From a virus: a stretch of DNA of 64,000 nucleotides. The notes beneath the pieces were generated by a model. That model saw only the letters and a list, made by a program, of their open reading frames with translations. It was not told the origin of the DNA and made no database searches. The stretch lies in the IMG/VR virus record IMGVR_UViG_3300050821_001428, positions 32,001-96,000 of that record; one strand, written 5' to 3'. This document shows, in pieces, positions 1 to 10,151 of this stretch (positions within the stretch are counted from its first letter, which is position 1; each line of letters starts with the position of its first letter). The translations under genes were made by a program, and so were the position numbers.

Positions 1-909
1 CAAGTCCGAATAGTTCTGTTGCAACATGTACCATTCACGCGCTGGCGACTTGGTTTGCGCAATCCTACGAAGATAGTCAGGAGGGACAATCTTTAGCTGT
101 TTAGAATCAAGCAACGGGAAGTTATCAATTACAACATCCTCGGGGTTAATTAACTCTTCGTGCTCCCATACACCAAGGTCTTCATCAAATGACCCTAATG
201 GGAAGGCTTCACCTACAAGCCAGAATTCACGACCTAGTGCGACTAAGAAATCTTCGTATTTTAATTGATTAAGAAATAAGTCTTCATAAATAGCAGTCAG
301 GGCCGGGTCTGATGATTCCAAATGCATTCCCACTAGTGGGAATCTAGTGAAGATATCAATAAGAATAGGGACCAGATAGTGGGTAGCATAATACAGGCGT
401 AACCACTTATGTAGCTTATGACGATGGCCCTCATCAGCTACATTCCAAGGTAGTCCTGATAAGTCCCAATATTCTAACGGATCATAGAAACGTGGGATAG
501 CATTATAGACATCACCACCCATGGCAGATCCGCCACCACCAAGCATTGAGGTTTTAGGATTAAATCCCTGAAACCAGCGTTCGTCCTGAGATGACTTACG
601 GGCTGAACCTGTTCTGGAAGAACCCCGAGGATTACGGCTTTTTCCCATAAGACTCGTTAGGGCCTGATTCTGAGCCGTAATCTTCATAGCCTCCTTGTCA
701 TAATTCTCTGACGTGACGGGACGACCTAGACTTGCAGATATTCCAGCGATATCCTTAGATGCAGCTTCTTTAAGCATCTGGTTGGTTTGCATACCATCGC
801 CATACGCAGAAAGCGCACGATAAGGGTTGTAGGGCAAACCCGGCACTTGATCACGGACAGCTTGAAGCTCCGAGATGAAAGTGTCTTTATCTGAAATATT
901 TTTAGCCAT
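1..909 (-). CDS. Portal protein, N-terminal part (runs off window start)
   Basis: Open frame from ATG at 909 (MAKNISDK...YATHYLVPILIDIFTRFPLVG...REFWLVGEAFPLGSFDEDLGVWEHEELINPEDV). Position downstream of the terminase; motif resembles portals of large actinophages. Confidence 0.7.
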   Translation of the reverse strand, partial: MAKNISDKDTFISELQAVRDQVPGLPYNPYRALSAYGDGMQTNQMLKEAASKDIAGISASLGRPVTSENYDKEAMKITAQNQALTSLMGKSRNPRGSSRTGSARKSSQDERWFQGFNPKTSMLGGGGSAMGGDVYNAIPRFYDPLEYWDLSGLPWNVADEGHRHKLHKWLRLYYATHYLVPILIDIFTRFPLVGMHLESSDPALTAIYEDLFLNQLKYEDFLVALGREFWLVGEAFPLGSFDEDLGVWEHEELINPEDVVIDNFPLLDSKQLKIVPPDYLRRIAQTKSPAREWYMLQQNYSDL

Positions 910-938
910 AAGCTAATTATACCATATTAAATGGAATA

Positions 939-1910
939 TCAGTAGGATCTACTAGGTAGTGAAGATTGCTTTTCGTGAGTAACCGGATCAGTTTGTCCGC
1001 CGTTACCATGCCATGTACCGGGGCCATCTTGTTTGGTGACACCGCCATCGGCAAATCCCGAATCGTCACCCTTAGCGGCAGGCAGGTCTACAGTCTCTGT
1101 GGTCTTCTCGCCAATTTCCTTAGGATCATGACCTTCTTCTGAACGGTTCTTACGCTCAATTGGCTTGGTCACATCCTTTTGCTTTGTAGGCCAACGCCCT
1201 TTGTCCTCATCGCCAAGAACATCCTTCTTGGGGAATTTATGAGCCTTATCTATCTTTGGCTCAGGACCACCAAGATCGGTATTACCGCTTTCACCTACGA
1301 CACGCCAGCTACCCGTATATTGTGGTTGTTGGTGCATCATAGGGTCCATTGCCTGCTCGATTTGATTAGGATCTTGACCAGGAGCACCTAGTGGATTAGC
1401 CGCTTGCGGATTATGCATGGCTGCTGGATTAGCTTCGACTGGATTAGCAGATGGCCCAGTGAACGGAGTTACCGATGGCGCAATCTGTGGCTGTGTTTGT
1501 GGCTGTCCCGTAGTAGGACTTGGCATACCGGGATTAGCACTACGCTCCATACCAGCGGTATGGGCTTCCTTCTGTGCCTCCTGCTCTTCCTCTTCTTCAG
1601 CGGGAGTCTCTGCAAAATTAACTTTCTCTGATACATGATAAGAAGCAATAATAGTTTTCTTAATGTATTCTGGGTGTTCATAACCAACCTCTTCGGATGC
1701 GCTATGAACTAACCAATCAAAATCTTCTTGCACAAGTCCTAGACGAGCTAGGAATTCTTCTTCATTTCTAGCACCGCGCAGGAATTGCCCCATCTTGTCG
1801 GCAACGCGGGTATCAGCTAGTGCCAGAGCGCGACGTGAGGCTACACGCTGATGCGTCTGATCTGCTTCTAAAGATTCAAATAATGAAGGAGTGTCGTACA
1901 TAAACAACAT
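939..1910 (-). CDS. Hypothetical protein, head morphogenesis region
   Basis: 323-aa ORF with P/Q-rich low-complexity middle, between portal and terminase. Confidence 0.6.
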   Translation of the reverse strand: MLFMYDTPSLFESLEADQTHQRVASRRALALADTRVADKMGQFLRGARNEEEFLARLGLVQEDFDWLVHSASEEVGYEHPEYIKKTIIASYHVSEKVNFAETPAEEEEEQEAQKEAHTAGMERSANPGMPSPTTGQPQTQPQIAPSVTPFTGPSANPVEANPAAMHNPQAANPLGAPGQDPNQIEQAMDPMMHQQPQYTGSWRVVGESGNTDLGGPEPKIDKAHKFPKKDVLGDEDKGRWPTKQKDVTKPIERKNRSEEGHDPKEIGEKTTETVDLPAAKGDDSGFADGGVTKQDGPGTWHGNGGQTDPVTHEKQSSLPSRSY

Positions 1911-1919
1911 TTTCCTTGT

Positions 1920-2897
1920 TTAAAGGAAAAGCCCCTCGTCGGTGGCATTTTCCATTGAAGCTTCCTTGACAGAAGCTTCTCTTGCCATGTTTTGCTTACG
2001 ACCAGAAGCTTCCTTCTGACGAGCTACTTCGGTTGCAGCAACATACTGTATACGATAATCGTCAACCTCAGAGCCGACAAAACCGGCTGTCTTAGCTTGG
2101 ACGTCACCTAGAGCAATCTCACGGACTATACTGGCATCCTGTATAGCGCCATCATCAAGCGCCGCTACTAATAGTCGTGGACCTTCTTGCATAATTTTGT
2201 CAAAATCTTGTGATGCCGACTCATTAGCCATGTCATTAGCTATTACTTCTAGCCACGAATCGCTCTTACCAAGACTTGCTTGCTCGACGGCAACATACTG
2301 ACGGGTAGGAACTTCGTAAGCTTCATCGACCGAGGTCAGATACTCTAGTGCTTCTTTAACCTCTAACTTCTCATGATCTGCCGAGAGCGCAATCTTATGA
2401 AGCTGATCTTGCTCCGCTGCCGACTGACTCTCAAGAATATAAGTCTTAGCAGTATGACGGATTTCCTCAAGCTCATTTAGACGAGCGATAAGCCCTTCCT
2501 TATGTGGCGTGTAAATCGCATCAACCTTCTTCTGTAAGTCTTGTACGCGATTCTCTGCTACTGGTACTTCTGCGACATACCGTAAATTAGCACCCTCGCC
2601 GTGGGATACATTGAAGTGGCGAATCTGGCCATTCTGAAAACGTACGGTAATTTCATCATCCCAAAGAGATGCAGTACGACCTAAGATTTCGGCTTGCATA
2701 CCGTTGGGGGTAATAATATGGGTCGCTTGCTTACGAGACTTTTTAGCCTTCTCAGCGCGGAGAGTGTTGAAGTATTCTTCGGCAGTCTCCGCAACCTTGG
2801 CAAAATCTGTACCGTTTGCAACAACGGTACCAGAATGCTTGGCTACGATCTGATCGCCTTCAAATTCATAGGTAGGGAAATCGGCCATGTGTATCAA
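1920..2897 (-). CDS. Hypothetical protein, head morphogenesis region
   Basis: 325-aa ORF; start may be ATG 2888. Confidence 0.6.
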   Translation of the reverse strand: MIHMADFPTYEFEGDQIVAKHSGTVVANGTDFAKVAETAEEYFNTLRAEKAKKSRKQATHIITPNGMQAEILGRTASLWDDEITVRFQNGQIRHFNVSHGEGANLRYVAEVPVAENRVQDLQKKVDAIYTPHKEGLIARLNELEEIRHTAKTYILESQSAAEQDQLHKIALSADHEKLEVKEALEYLTSVDEAYEVPTRQYVAVEQASLGKSDSWLEVIANDMANESASQDFDKIMQEGPRLLVAALDDGAIQDASIVREIALGDVQAKTAGFVGSEVDDYRIQYVAATEVARQKEASGRKQNMAREASVKEASMENATDEGLFL

Positions 2898-2930
2898 TGA
2901 TTATAAGGTGTAATCATCAATATTATAGTG

Positions 2931-5900
2931 TTAGCGTCTACCGCGCGAATTTATTCGATTCCCGCCACCGTTCCTGCGCATACCAATAGATCCTCGCGCC
3001 GGATTGCCGCCAGATCGTTCGGCGCGGGAGCGTTCTATATTACCTTGTGAATAATAATAGCTACCATCAGTGTTCATAGGCATTGGGGCACCATTTGGAT
3101 AATTATTTTGTCCCATACCATACCCTCCAGGTGCGCCGCCGACCACTGATGCTTGAGATAACCGCTCACGCATAGTCTGAATCTGTAGATTACCTAGTAG
3201 TGCCCATACTACATCGATTACAGCATCTGCCATATCCTTGGTTTGTACCGGGCCGAGGTCTTGTTTGTCTACGCGGGGGAATTTACCACTAGTTTGAACC
3301 TGCTGTAAGAACTTTAATTCTTCTTTCGAAGTATAACTGTCGATTTCCTCATCATTTGGAGCATGTACTAATCCTTGATACAAGGCTGTTTTAAATACCT
3401 CGCATTTCTTCCAGTTTAACTCCGCAGTTGTAGGTCGCACATAGACCTGACAAGTAATATTTTCTTTATGTAACCTATCTTGAATATCCTGTAATGGGGA
3501 CGAGCTATTATGACTAATGATACCATTAGCTACAAATAGTTCTGGGCCGGGTACAACAAGATCAAAACAATTTGCCGTAGACTCTACAATTGAATCAATA
3601 CGGAAATATTGTAAATCTCCTTCTCTATTCAACTTGGATCTTTTACCAACATCCTTACGACGGCTAATTTGATCTACAATGGCAGATAGTTTATGATTTT
3701 TTCTATCAGAGCAGAAACCAATCTTTTTATGGAATTCTAGAATGTCTAAACCGAACATTTTGACACGCCATTCTTGCTGAGGGGTGCCCTTATAAGTGCT
3801 TGCCGCCCCATTCCAAATAGTCGAATATATTCCTAAATTTAACAATAACTGTTGAATACCCTTGGCTAATGCAGCGCTTCTGGTACTACATCCCACAATT
3901 TCATCATTGTGTCTGGAATTAACAGCCCAACCATCACCTTCAAAATAAGCCTTTAAAAAGTTTACGATTACTGATTCTGGGGATTGAAAAATAGCCCAGG
4001 GCACCTCTTTGATATAGGAGTCACCAAAGCATCCTAACTGCGTGAACATTTTAGAGATATATCCCGATGCAGCAATTGATCCATACATAGTGTCAATCTG
4101 TCCGCCTTGAGGTGTTGTATTATGCTTTAGTTCATACCTATATGACCAATCGCCCCCAAAGGTTCTCTCTGCCGCATCCTTATACATATCTAAATAGGTT
4201 TTATCTGAGTTACTAAAACATATATTGGATTCATTAACATAACCTTCGGCTGTTAGCGCCCCCAGTATAAATCCAATATCTTCATTTAATTGTGTGGGGT
4301 ACAAACAACCTTTACGCCTAGAATGCTGTCTCTTCCAATCCAAAACAGCATTATAAGCTAATTTTTCGGTATCAAATCTTCCAATTGTGATTTGATGGTT
4401 GTTTTTGGAGACATTCGCAACCCAATGTTGTTTCGTCTCTGGATTATAACTGACACCTACATATTTAGAACTACCAGAGCCAGTTGGGTGATATTTTTTA
4501 ATATCAACATAGTTTGTTGCTGTCACGTTGTTTTTGCGCACAGCAACATAATCACCCTTTTCAATTTCAGCAATTTCTAACCATTCCCACTTATTGGATT
4601 TATGCCAAGGCTTTATTTTGTTCTTACGAACCCAAAGTCTATGGTCAGTGGTTCCTTCTATACTGTATCCAGGTTTGGTTGTAAGGATTCTCGTTGGCAC
4701 ATGACCTCTGTTGTAAATCTCAGTGGCAGTCACTATCCCTTCCATCGTTTGTACTGGTATATTAATAGTTTTGGTTTTACCTACAGGTAATTCGCCAGCT
4801 AGCTCTTTCAGTGTTTTATTACCACCAATGGTTGGAATCAAAGTGTTTTCATTGAGACATTGGTGTTGGTCCATGGTAATTTCGAATGGATGGAAAATCT
4901 TAGCATAAGTAATAATTTCATCAATAATAGGTGCCCAACGGATAACCTTATTTGGCTGCTTAGAAGGATTCCATCGTTTTATTAAATCGAATACGCAGTG
5001 TTCATTATCTAGACCGGTGACCGGATCGGGCAGGTATTCAATGTGTCCAATGGCAAATCCAAATCCAGCGGTGGTAGAAGAAGGGTCCAAGTGGAATTTA
5101 TAACGATGAAAGCCTGTGTTAATACCGACACCATAGTTGGTAGAAAATGGTTCGTATCCCAACACCATGTCTCCATTCGGCTGGCGCACCAAGCCTATTG
5201 GACGACCATTATACATGCGATCTACCATTGATGGATTTAACCAAGCTTCAGAGATTTCAGCAAATTTACCACGACGCTCAACCTTGTAGGTTTCGGGATC
5301 GGCTGCTTCGGAAGCTCGCGCCTGAATAATAGCGGCCTTATCCTCTTGGCTGAATAACGGACGATCCTGTTCATCCACCTCATCGGGATTCCAATCAGGA
5401 GACACTGTAACCATCTTACCGAGCATCTTGCCTCTGGTACGTGGTTTATATTGTGATTTATAGTAACGATATCCTTCAAACAAAGCCCATGATGGTCCTT
5501 GGAATACAAGACGACGAGGATCACCATTGATTCTTTGATCTGCCAGGTCACTATCGTCGCCCTGAAGCTCGATAGTCATTAGGTCTACAGGCCGGGTCTG
5601 ATCAAATGGCATTAGTCCTAATTCATATAGATCGTGAAACATTCCAACCTTAGAATAAGGTGATGAATTAATGAATAATAATCCATCGGTACCGAACTGA
5701 TCGAGCGATGGACCAGCCGCATTATATACCTCACCAGCCGATGACTTGCTTTCACCAGCGATCATGTGGGCAGCCTCATCGATCGTGACACAATTATGCG
5801 TAATAATCATATCATCAGTAACATATAATCCATTCACATTTGAAACCGTAATACATTGTTGTACGGCCTCTCCTATATATTCAACGTTAACAAGAGCACG

Positions 5901-7547
5901 TCGGCGTCTACTATAAAATGCATAAGGTTTTTGACGAAGTAATTTACGTTGACATCTAAACAAAGGATATTGTCTTAAATCACTAATGCATATCTCGTAA
6001 ATTGGCAGAGGGGACCTAATTACCTTATCTTCTACATATGAAATATTAGGACTAATAGGACGAGAATGTATAGTCGCGTATCCTCCTAGACTACGTACTA
6101 ATTCAACTGTATCTAGCGCTAGTTGATAGGACGTTGTACCTAATTTAATTGCTGAATCTTTTGAGATAGTACCGTCTGTATCTAAAAGTCCCTGGAGTAT
6201 AGATAATCTCTCATCAAATGATCCTCGTAAATATTGTTCCGGTATGAATTTATACTGTCCCGAATGTTTAGATAAACCTAATTGGTGAATAGCATTTCGC
6301 ACCTGATTGAGATGCGTAGGTCCGGTTTTTTTATTAGATTTAACAATTCTGAATTGAATAAGTTCATTAGGATTCTGGATTAGTTCGTGACCATCGGGTA
6401 AAGCCTTACGTACTTCTTCGACAATATCGTTATCTAAATTATAAAAAGCTACACCCGATCTTCCTGAGAAGCTTCCATCTCCTAATAAAGCTCCCAATAA
6501 ATAGGGATCTAGCGGTAACTTCTGAGTATCATACTGTATCACTGGTGCTTGGGGAAGTGCCCACTTATAGTAATCGGGCTTATTACCCCCAGCTTTTTTG
6601 GTTAAATCATTTGCAAATTCTAAAATGGTTTTGGTCTTACCTATATGTGTTTTACGAGGTTGATACAATGTCCATAAATGATCTGGCCCACATGTTGTGG
6701 AGGACCCGTCACTCATAGTTACACGATAGGTGGGTTGTATACCTCGCGGATGTATGTGGGTCACATGTTGTGATTTTCCATCAGAACCTATGATTTCATC
6801 ACCTATTTGTATCTCGCCCATAGTGGTCCAACCATATGGGGTAAGAATTTTGGCATCTAGAGGTTGGGCCATCGTTGCCGATCCACGTAACGTACCGGCA
6901 TTAGCTGCTAGAGCATTACCTCTAAGTCGCGCCTGATCTTTTTTAAAAGTCTGTCCTCTAGCTTTGGCTGATGAAATCTCCCTAATATCGGCCGGTGTCA
7001 TAATACGAATCTCTGTTTCAAGAGAATCAGCGATATATGGTTGGAAAGCTTTATTAGACTCGATACGAGCAACCATGTCGGCGTACTGGAACTTCTTTGC
7101 CTGGGATTCCGAACCAGCAATACATGAGAAATATATTTCCTTCTTGCGGTCAATACCGTAGTATTCACCAGGATTACCAAGCTGGAGCGTTGTCCAGAAT
7201 TTATATGCCATTGAAGTGCCGGTGGTAAACCCCTTAGATGCACGTCGCCCGACCGCCATCTGAATCTCACGGAAATGAGGATATCCATGAGATCGTAGAT
7301 AATCTCTACGTTCGCGGATATTAGGGGAGATAGTTATCTCTGATCCGTTGCGTCCCCCGTTGATCCACTCGGTTAGCACATCCTCTTCCGCGCCTGTCAT
7401 TTCCTCTAAAAAGATTAACTTCAAAAGGACTAGCTGACGAGGATAAAGCGCGATTCCGGCATAATCATCAGACTCAGTGAATTCTTCAATACCAACCCTT
7501 TTGGGCGCTAGTTGATCAATGTTATCTAGTAAACCTAATACACTCAT
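2931..7547 (-). CDS. terL: Terminase large subunit with two inteins
   Basis: Walker A-like GRRASKG, Walker B VTIDEAAH, nuclease HLDPSS and terminal KDMADAV; two embedded Hint/LAGLIDADG segments. Confidence 0.9.
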   Translation of the reverse strand: MSVLGLLDNIDQLAPKRVGIEEFTESDDYAGIALYPRQLVLLKLIFLEEMTGAEEDVLTEWINGGRNGSEITISPNIRERRDYLRSHGYPHFREIQMAVGRRASKGFTTGTSMAYKFWTTLQLGNPGEYYGIDRKKEIYFSCIAGSESQAKKFQYADMVARIESNKAFQPYIADSLETEIRIMTPADIREISSAKARGQTFKKDQARLRGNALAANAGTLRGSATMAQPLDAKILTPYGWTTMGEIQIGDEIIGSDGKSQHVTHIHPRGIQPTYRVTMSDGSSTTCGPDHLWTLYQPRKTHIGKTKTILEFANDLTKKAGGNKPDYYKWALPQAPVIQYDTQKLPLDPYLLGALLGDGSFSGRSGVAFYNLDNDIVEEVRKALPDGHELIQNPNELIQFRIVKSNKKTGPTHLNQVRNAIHQLGLSKHSGQYKFIPEQYLRGSFDERLSILQGLLDTDGTISKDSAIKLGTTSYQLALDTVELVRSLGGYATIHSRPISPNISYVEDKVIRSPLPIYEICISDLRQYPLFRCQRKLLRQKPYAFYSRRRRALVNVEYIGEAVQQCITVSNVNGLYVTDDMIITHNCVTIDEAAHMIAGESKSSAGEVYNAAGPSLDQFGTDGLLFINSSPYSKVGMFHDLYELGLMPFDQTRPVDLMTIELQGDDSDLADQRINGDPRRLVFQGPSWALFEGYRYYKSQYKPRTRGKMLGKMVTVSPDWNPDEVDEQDRPLFSQEDKAAIIQARASEAADPETYKVERRGKFAEISEAWLNPSMVDRMYNGRPIGLVRQPNGDMVLGYEPFSTNYGVGINTGFHRYKFHLDPSSTTAGFGFAIGHIEYLPDPVTGLDNEHCVFDLIKRWNPSKQPNKVIRWAPIIDEIITYAKIFHPFEITMDQHQCLNENTLIPTIGGNKTLKELAGELPVGKTKTINIPVQTMEGIVTATEIYNRGHVPTRILTTKPGYSIEGTTDHRLWVRKNKIKPWHKSNKWEWLEIAEIEKGDYVAVRKNNVTATNYVDIKKYHPTGSGSSKYVGVSYNPETKQHWVANVSKNNHQITIGRFDTEKLAYNAVLDWKRQHSRRKGCLYPTQLNEDIGFILGALTAEGYVNESNICFSNSDKTYLDMYKDAAERTFGGDWSYRYELKHNTTPQGGQIDTMYGSIAASGYISKMFTQLGCFGDSYIKEVPWAIFQSPESVIVNFLKAYFEGDGWAVNSRHNDEIVGCSTRSAALAKGIQQLLLNLGIYSTIWNGAASTYKGTPQQEWRVKMFGLDILEFHKKIGFCSDRKNHKLSAIVDQISRRKDVGKRSKLNREGDLQYFRIDSIVESTANCFDLVVPGPELFVANGIISHNSSSPLQDIQDRLHKENITCQVYVRPTTAELNWKKCEVFKTALYQGLVHAPNDEEIDSYTSKEELKFLQQVQTSGKFPRVDKQDLGPVQTKDMADAVIDVVWALLGNLQIQTMRERLSQASVVGGAPGGYGMGQNNYPNGAPMPMNTDGSYYYSQGNIERSRAERSGGNPARGSIGMRRNGGGNRINSRGRR
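3507..4859 (-). mobile_element. Intein 2 in TerL (451 aa) with LAGLIDADG endonuclease and an AP2-like insert
   Basis: Starts CLNENTLI, block B GTTDHRLW, ends ISHN followed by S. Motifs ILGALTAEG and LKAYFEGDG. Confidence 0.9.
5793..6869 (-). mobile_element. Intein 1 in TerL (359 aa, Ala1, class 3-type) with LAGLIDADG endonuclease
   Basis: Starts AQPLDAKILTP, ends ITHN followed by C. LAGLIDADG motifs LLGALLGDGS and LQGLLDTDG. Removal gives GSATM-CVTIDEAAH. Confidence 0.9.
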
Positions 7548-7613
7548 GAAGTCATTAACTACCTGATATTGTTTGTTTTATCGCTTCGTCCCATAAATCC
7601 TGACCGACGAGCA

Positions 7614-8198
7614 TCATGTGTGCGGCGCATTATCACCATCGCTACTTTCCCCGTTAGATTTCTTTTGTCTACGATTAGTTTCATCTTTAATACTGTTGCG
7701 ACGTTTGGTATTGGGGTTGGGTTCATATTTTTCACCCAAGAATGCTTCGCCTCGTTCATTAGCCTTTTTAACCTCATATTCCTTACGCTCATGATCTAGA
7801 CCGTATTTGGCCGACGAGTGGGTATCAAGTGCGCCTATAAGCTCTACTACAGGGGGTTGTCCTTCAAATACCGGAGCCATATCTACAGTAGCGATTAACT
7901 GAAGTTTTTCTGCCAATGTATGATGGAGTTCTGTCTCAAACTGATCAATTAACTTAGCCGCTTCTTCCATTACTTGGGACTCGCTCAGATGGCTGTACGC
8001 GGCGACATTGTTAAATTTATAACGGAACCGCGCCTGCCATTTTTTACTGATAGTTATAATAATTTTCAATGCTTGTTTAATCTCCGTATCTGTTAGATCA
8101 AGAGTTAGATTATCTGAAAATTGCTTTGCGGATCGGATGATACCGGGATCGGTATCGAGCGTAGGTGAAGTTACTGGGTTAGTGGGAAATTCTTGCAT
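7614..8198 (-). CDS. Hypothetical protein
   Basis: Track ORF 7614..8225. The upstream GTG abuts a terminator, so ATG 8198 (MQEFP), 7 nt after TATCAT, is preferred. Confidence 0.6.
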   Translation of the reverse strand: MQEFPTNPVTSPTLDTDPGIIRSAKQFSDNLTLDLTDTEIKQALKIIITISKKWQARFRYKFNNVAAYSHLSESQVMEEAAKLIDQFETELHHTLAEKLQLIATVDMAPVFEGQPPVVELIGALDTHSSAKYGLDHERKEYEVKKANERGEAFLGEKYEPNPNTKRRNSIKDETNRRQKKSNGESSDGDNAPHT

Positions 8199-8225
8199 AC
8201 TATCAATGATATCATATAAAAACAC

Positions 8226-8257
8226 AAAAGGAGAAGAGGTTGTCCTCTTCTCCTTTT
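8226..8257. terminator. Bidirectional rho-independent terminator
   Basis: AAAAGGAGAAGAGG-TTGT-CCTCTTCTCCTTTT perfect hairpin. Confidence 0.75.
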
Positions 8258-8281
8258 AACTTTGTGTATGACTATATTATA

Positions 8282-9193
8282 TTACGAAGTTAAGGCGATG
8301 TTCTGGATGTTACCAGATGAAACTGAAGTAGCCCCACTTGGGATTAGAACATATGCTACTGGAAGCGAGTTACCACCGAATGGGAGTAGACCAGCACCGA
8401 CACCAGCGGTTGTCTGAACAAAACTACCCGCTACGTTTGTACCACCGGTTAGACCAGAAACGTTAATCGATTGATTAGTAATCGGTCCTTCAAGTAGGCC
8501 AGATGCAGTTAATGTTACAGGGCCAGCAGGAAGGGCACTGCCCGAACCTGTTACAGTGCTTGCGGGCAACGCTAGGTAGGAGCCATTAGCAGTTGCAGCT
8601 AAAATAGCTGACGCAACTGCTGACGCTACGGCATTGTAAGCAATTGTCGCAGTAGTGTAGTTGTATCCGTTATAAGTGAATGACAAGGTGAATGTACCAC
8701 CGGTTGGTGTACCAGTAATTGCTACCGTATCAACCTCATATACCGGAGAACCGTTCGAAGCAGGACCGGGAACTACGACGAACGTACCGTCAGATTTCAC
8801 TCTTACCGAGTAGATGACATCGTTCGTAGATAGAGCCGGAACTGCTAAGGTGTTGGTGGTTGCCGCTACCGCTAGCGATGCCTGATCCGTAAATAGACGG
8901 CTAGATAGAGTAAACGCAGCCGTGTTGATCGTTAGACCAGAGCCAGCAGAGACAATACTGTTCGTGCTTGCAATAAGGTCCGACCACTTACTGGTTACAT
9001 TGCCTACCTCAATATATGAGCCAATAGCACTATGACGCTGAAGATCACGACGTGTAGTAGCGCGGCCTAGGTTAGCGTGTAGAGCATGAAATAGACTCTG
9101 GTTGCCCTGGCTAGTACGACCCAGAGCGTCAGGAGAAGCACCACCGATGGTTACTTCTTGCGAGCGATTTAGAGATACAATTGGGATATACAT
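8282..9193 (-). CDS. Putative virion structural protein
   Basis: 303 aa, T/S/G/A-rich. GGTFTLSF...TIAYNA module resembles segments of the baseplate proteins in this window. Confidence 0.55.
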   Translation of the reverse strand: MYIPIVSLNRSQEVTIGGASPDALGRTSQGNQSLFHALHANLGRATTRRDLQRHSAIGSYIEVGNVTSKWSDLIASTNSIVSAGSGLTINTAAFTLSSRLFTDQASLAVAATTNTLAVPALSTNDVIYSVRVKSDGTFVVVPGPASNGSPVYEVDTVAITGTPTGGTFTLSFTYNGYNYTTATIAYNAVASAVASAILAATANGSYLALPASTVTGSGSALPAGPVTLTASGLLEGPITNQSINVSGLTGGTNVAGSFVQTTAGVGAGLLPFGGNSLPVAYVLIPSGATSVSSGNIQNIALTS

Positions 9194-9293
9194 ATATGTT
9201 GATTTCCTTAGAGGGCAATATTTTTATCGGCTGATTCCGATAATCTCTACCCTCATCAATTATTCACTAACGGAGAATTGGGAAAATAATGTT

Positions 9294-9833
9294 CTATGCT
9301 GCTGCTGCTGCGAACCAGAATACATTAATCGATGTGCTTGTTGCTAACGTAATATTGCTAGTTGTAGGATTCACCAGGACGATATTGAAACTGATTCCGG
9401 TTGGCGAGGCGCTAACTGGCATAGCATATAGATTGTAAGTGAAAGAACTACCAGCTTGTACCTGGCCTAGCGCACTAACGGTTGTACCCGAGATAAATGG
9501 CTGGGCAAAAGTAACGCCGAAGGTTGTCACCCCGGTTGATAAACTTACTAATCCCGATGTTTGTGCATTGATAGTCGTTGCTACAGAAGTTGTAAATGAA
9601 GCAAGACCATTTAGCACACCTGATTGAGAGGGATTGATCGCGCCTGTAGATGTAGCAATATGTAACCCGGATAATGAGCCTGGGGTAATACTAGCCCCAG
9701 TGAGTCTGACGCCACGACCAGGGGAGTGATCGTGGTAATCCGTCAGATAAAGGTTCTGCGCGTTAGTCGTAGAACTATAAACATCTTTCTGACTCGCAGG
9801 AGCGGTCAGACCCATATTGGTAGTGCGCCTCAT
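9294..9833 (-). CDS. Putative virion structural / beta-rich protein
   Basis: 179 aa, T/S-rich; VTFAQPF and INVFWFA resemble fibre-tip beta modules. Confidence 0.5.
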   Translation of the reverse strand: MRRTTNMGLTAPASQKDVYSSTTNAQNLYLTDYHDHSPGRGVRLTGASITPGSLSGLHIATSTGAINPSQSGVLNGLASFTTSVATTINAQTSGLVSLSTGVTTFGVTFAQPFISGTTVSALGQVQAGSSFTYNLYAMPVSASPTGISFNIVLVNPTTSNITLATSTSINVFWFAAAAA

Positions 9834-9886
9834 ACACTTTACGTTGTTGTATTAGGAAAAACTTATGAGTCGCGCCTGAAACTAAG

Positions 9887-9955
9887 TAGCGGTAGCAGGA
9901 ATCGAACCTGCGTCTATTCCGTATGAAGGAATTTGCCAACCATAGGCTTACCGCC
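9887..9955 (-). tRNA. tRNA-Met(CAT), elongator or Ile2 type
   Basis: Anticodon arm ATTCC-TTCATAC-GGAAT, T loop TTCGATT, short D arm. Confidence 0.8.
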
Positions 9956-9960
9956 AAATA

Positions 9961-10031
9961 AGCGTCTAGTCAGGATCGAACTGACATACTTCGGGTGGAA
10001 GCCGAATTCTCTACCATTGAGATATAGACGC
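9961..10031 (-). tRNA. tRNA-Gly(TCC)
   Basis: TTCGG-CTTCCAC-CCGAA arm; acceptor GCGTCTA/TAGACGC. Confidence 0.9.
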
Positions 10032-10074
10032 GAAGGATAGCGTGCTAGGTCGTTAACACTTCGCCCACATCATA

Positions 10075-10148
10075 AGCTAAGGGAGAGAATCGAACTCTCG
10101 CAACCATACTTACAAGGTATGTCACCCTACCAACAGGGAGTCCTTAGC
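10075..10148 (-). tRNA. tRNA-Thr(TGT)
   Basis: CATAC-CTTGTAA-GTATG arm; acceptor GCTAAGG/CCTTAGC. Confidence 0.9.
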
Positions 10149-10151
10149 GAA

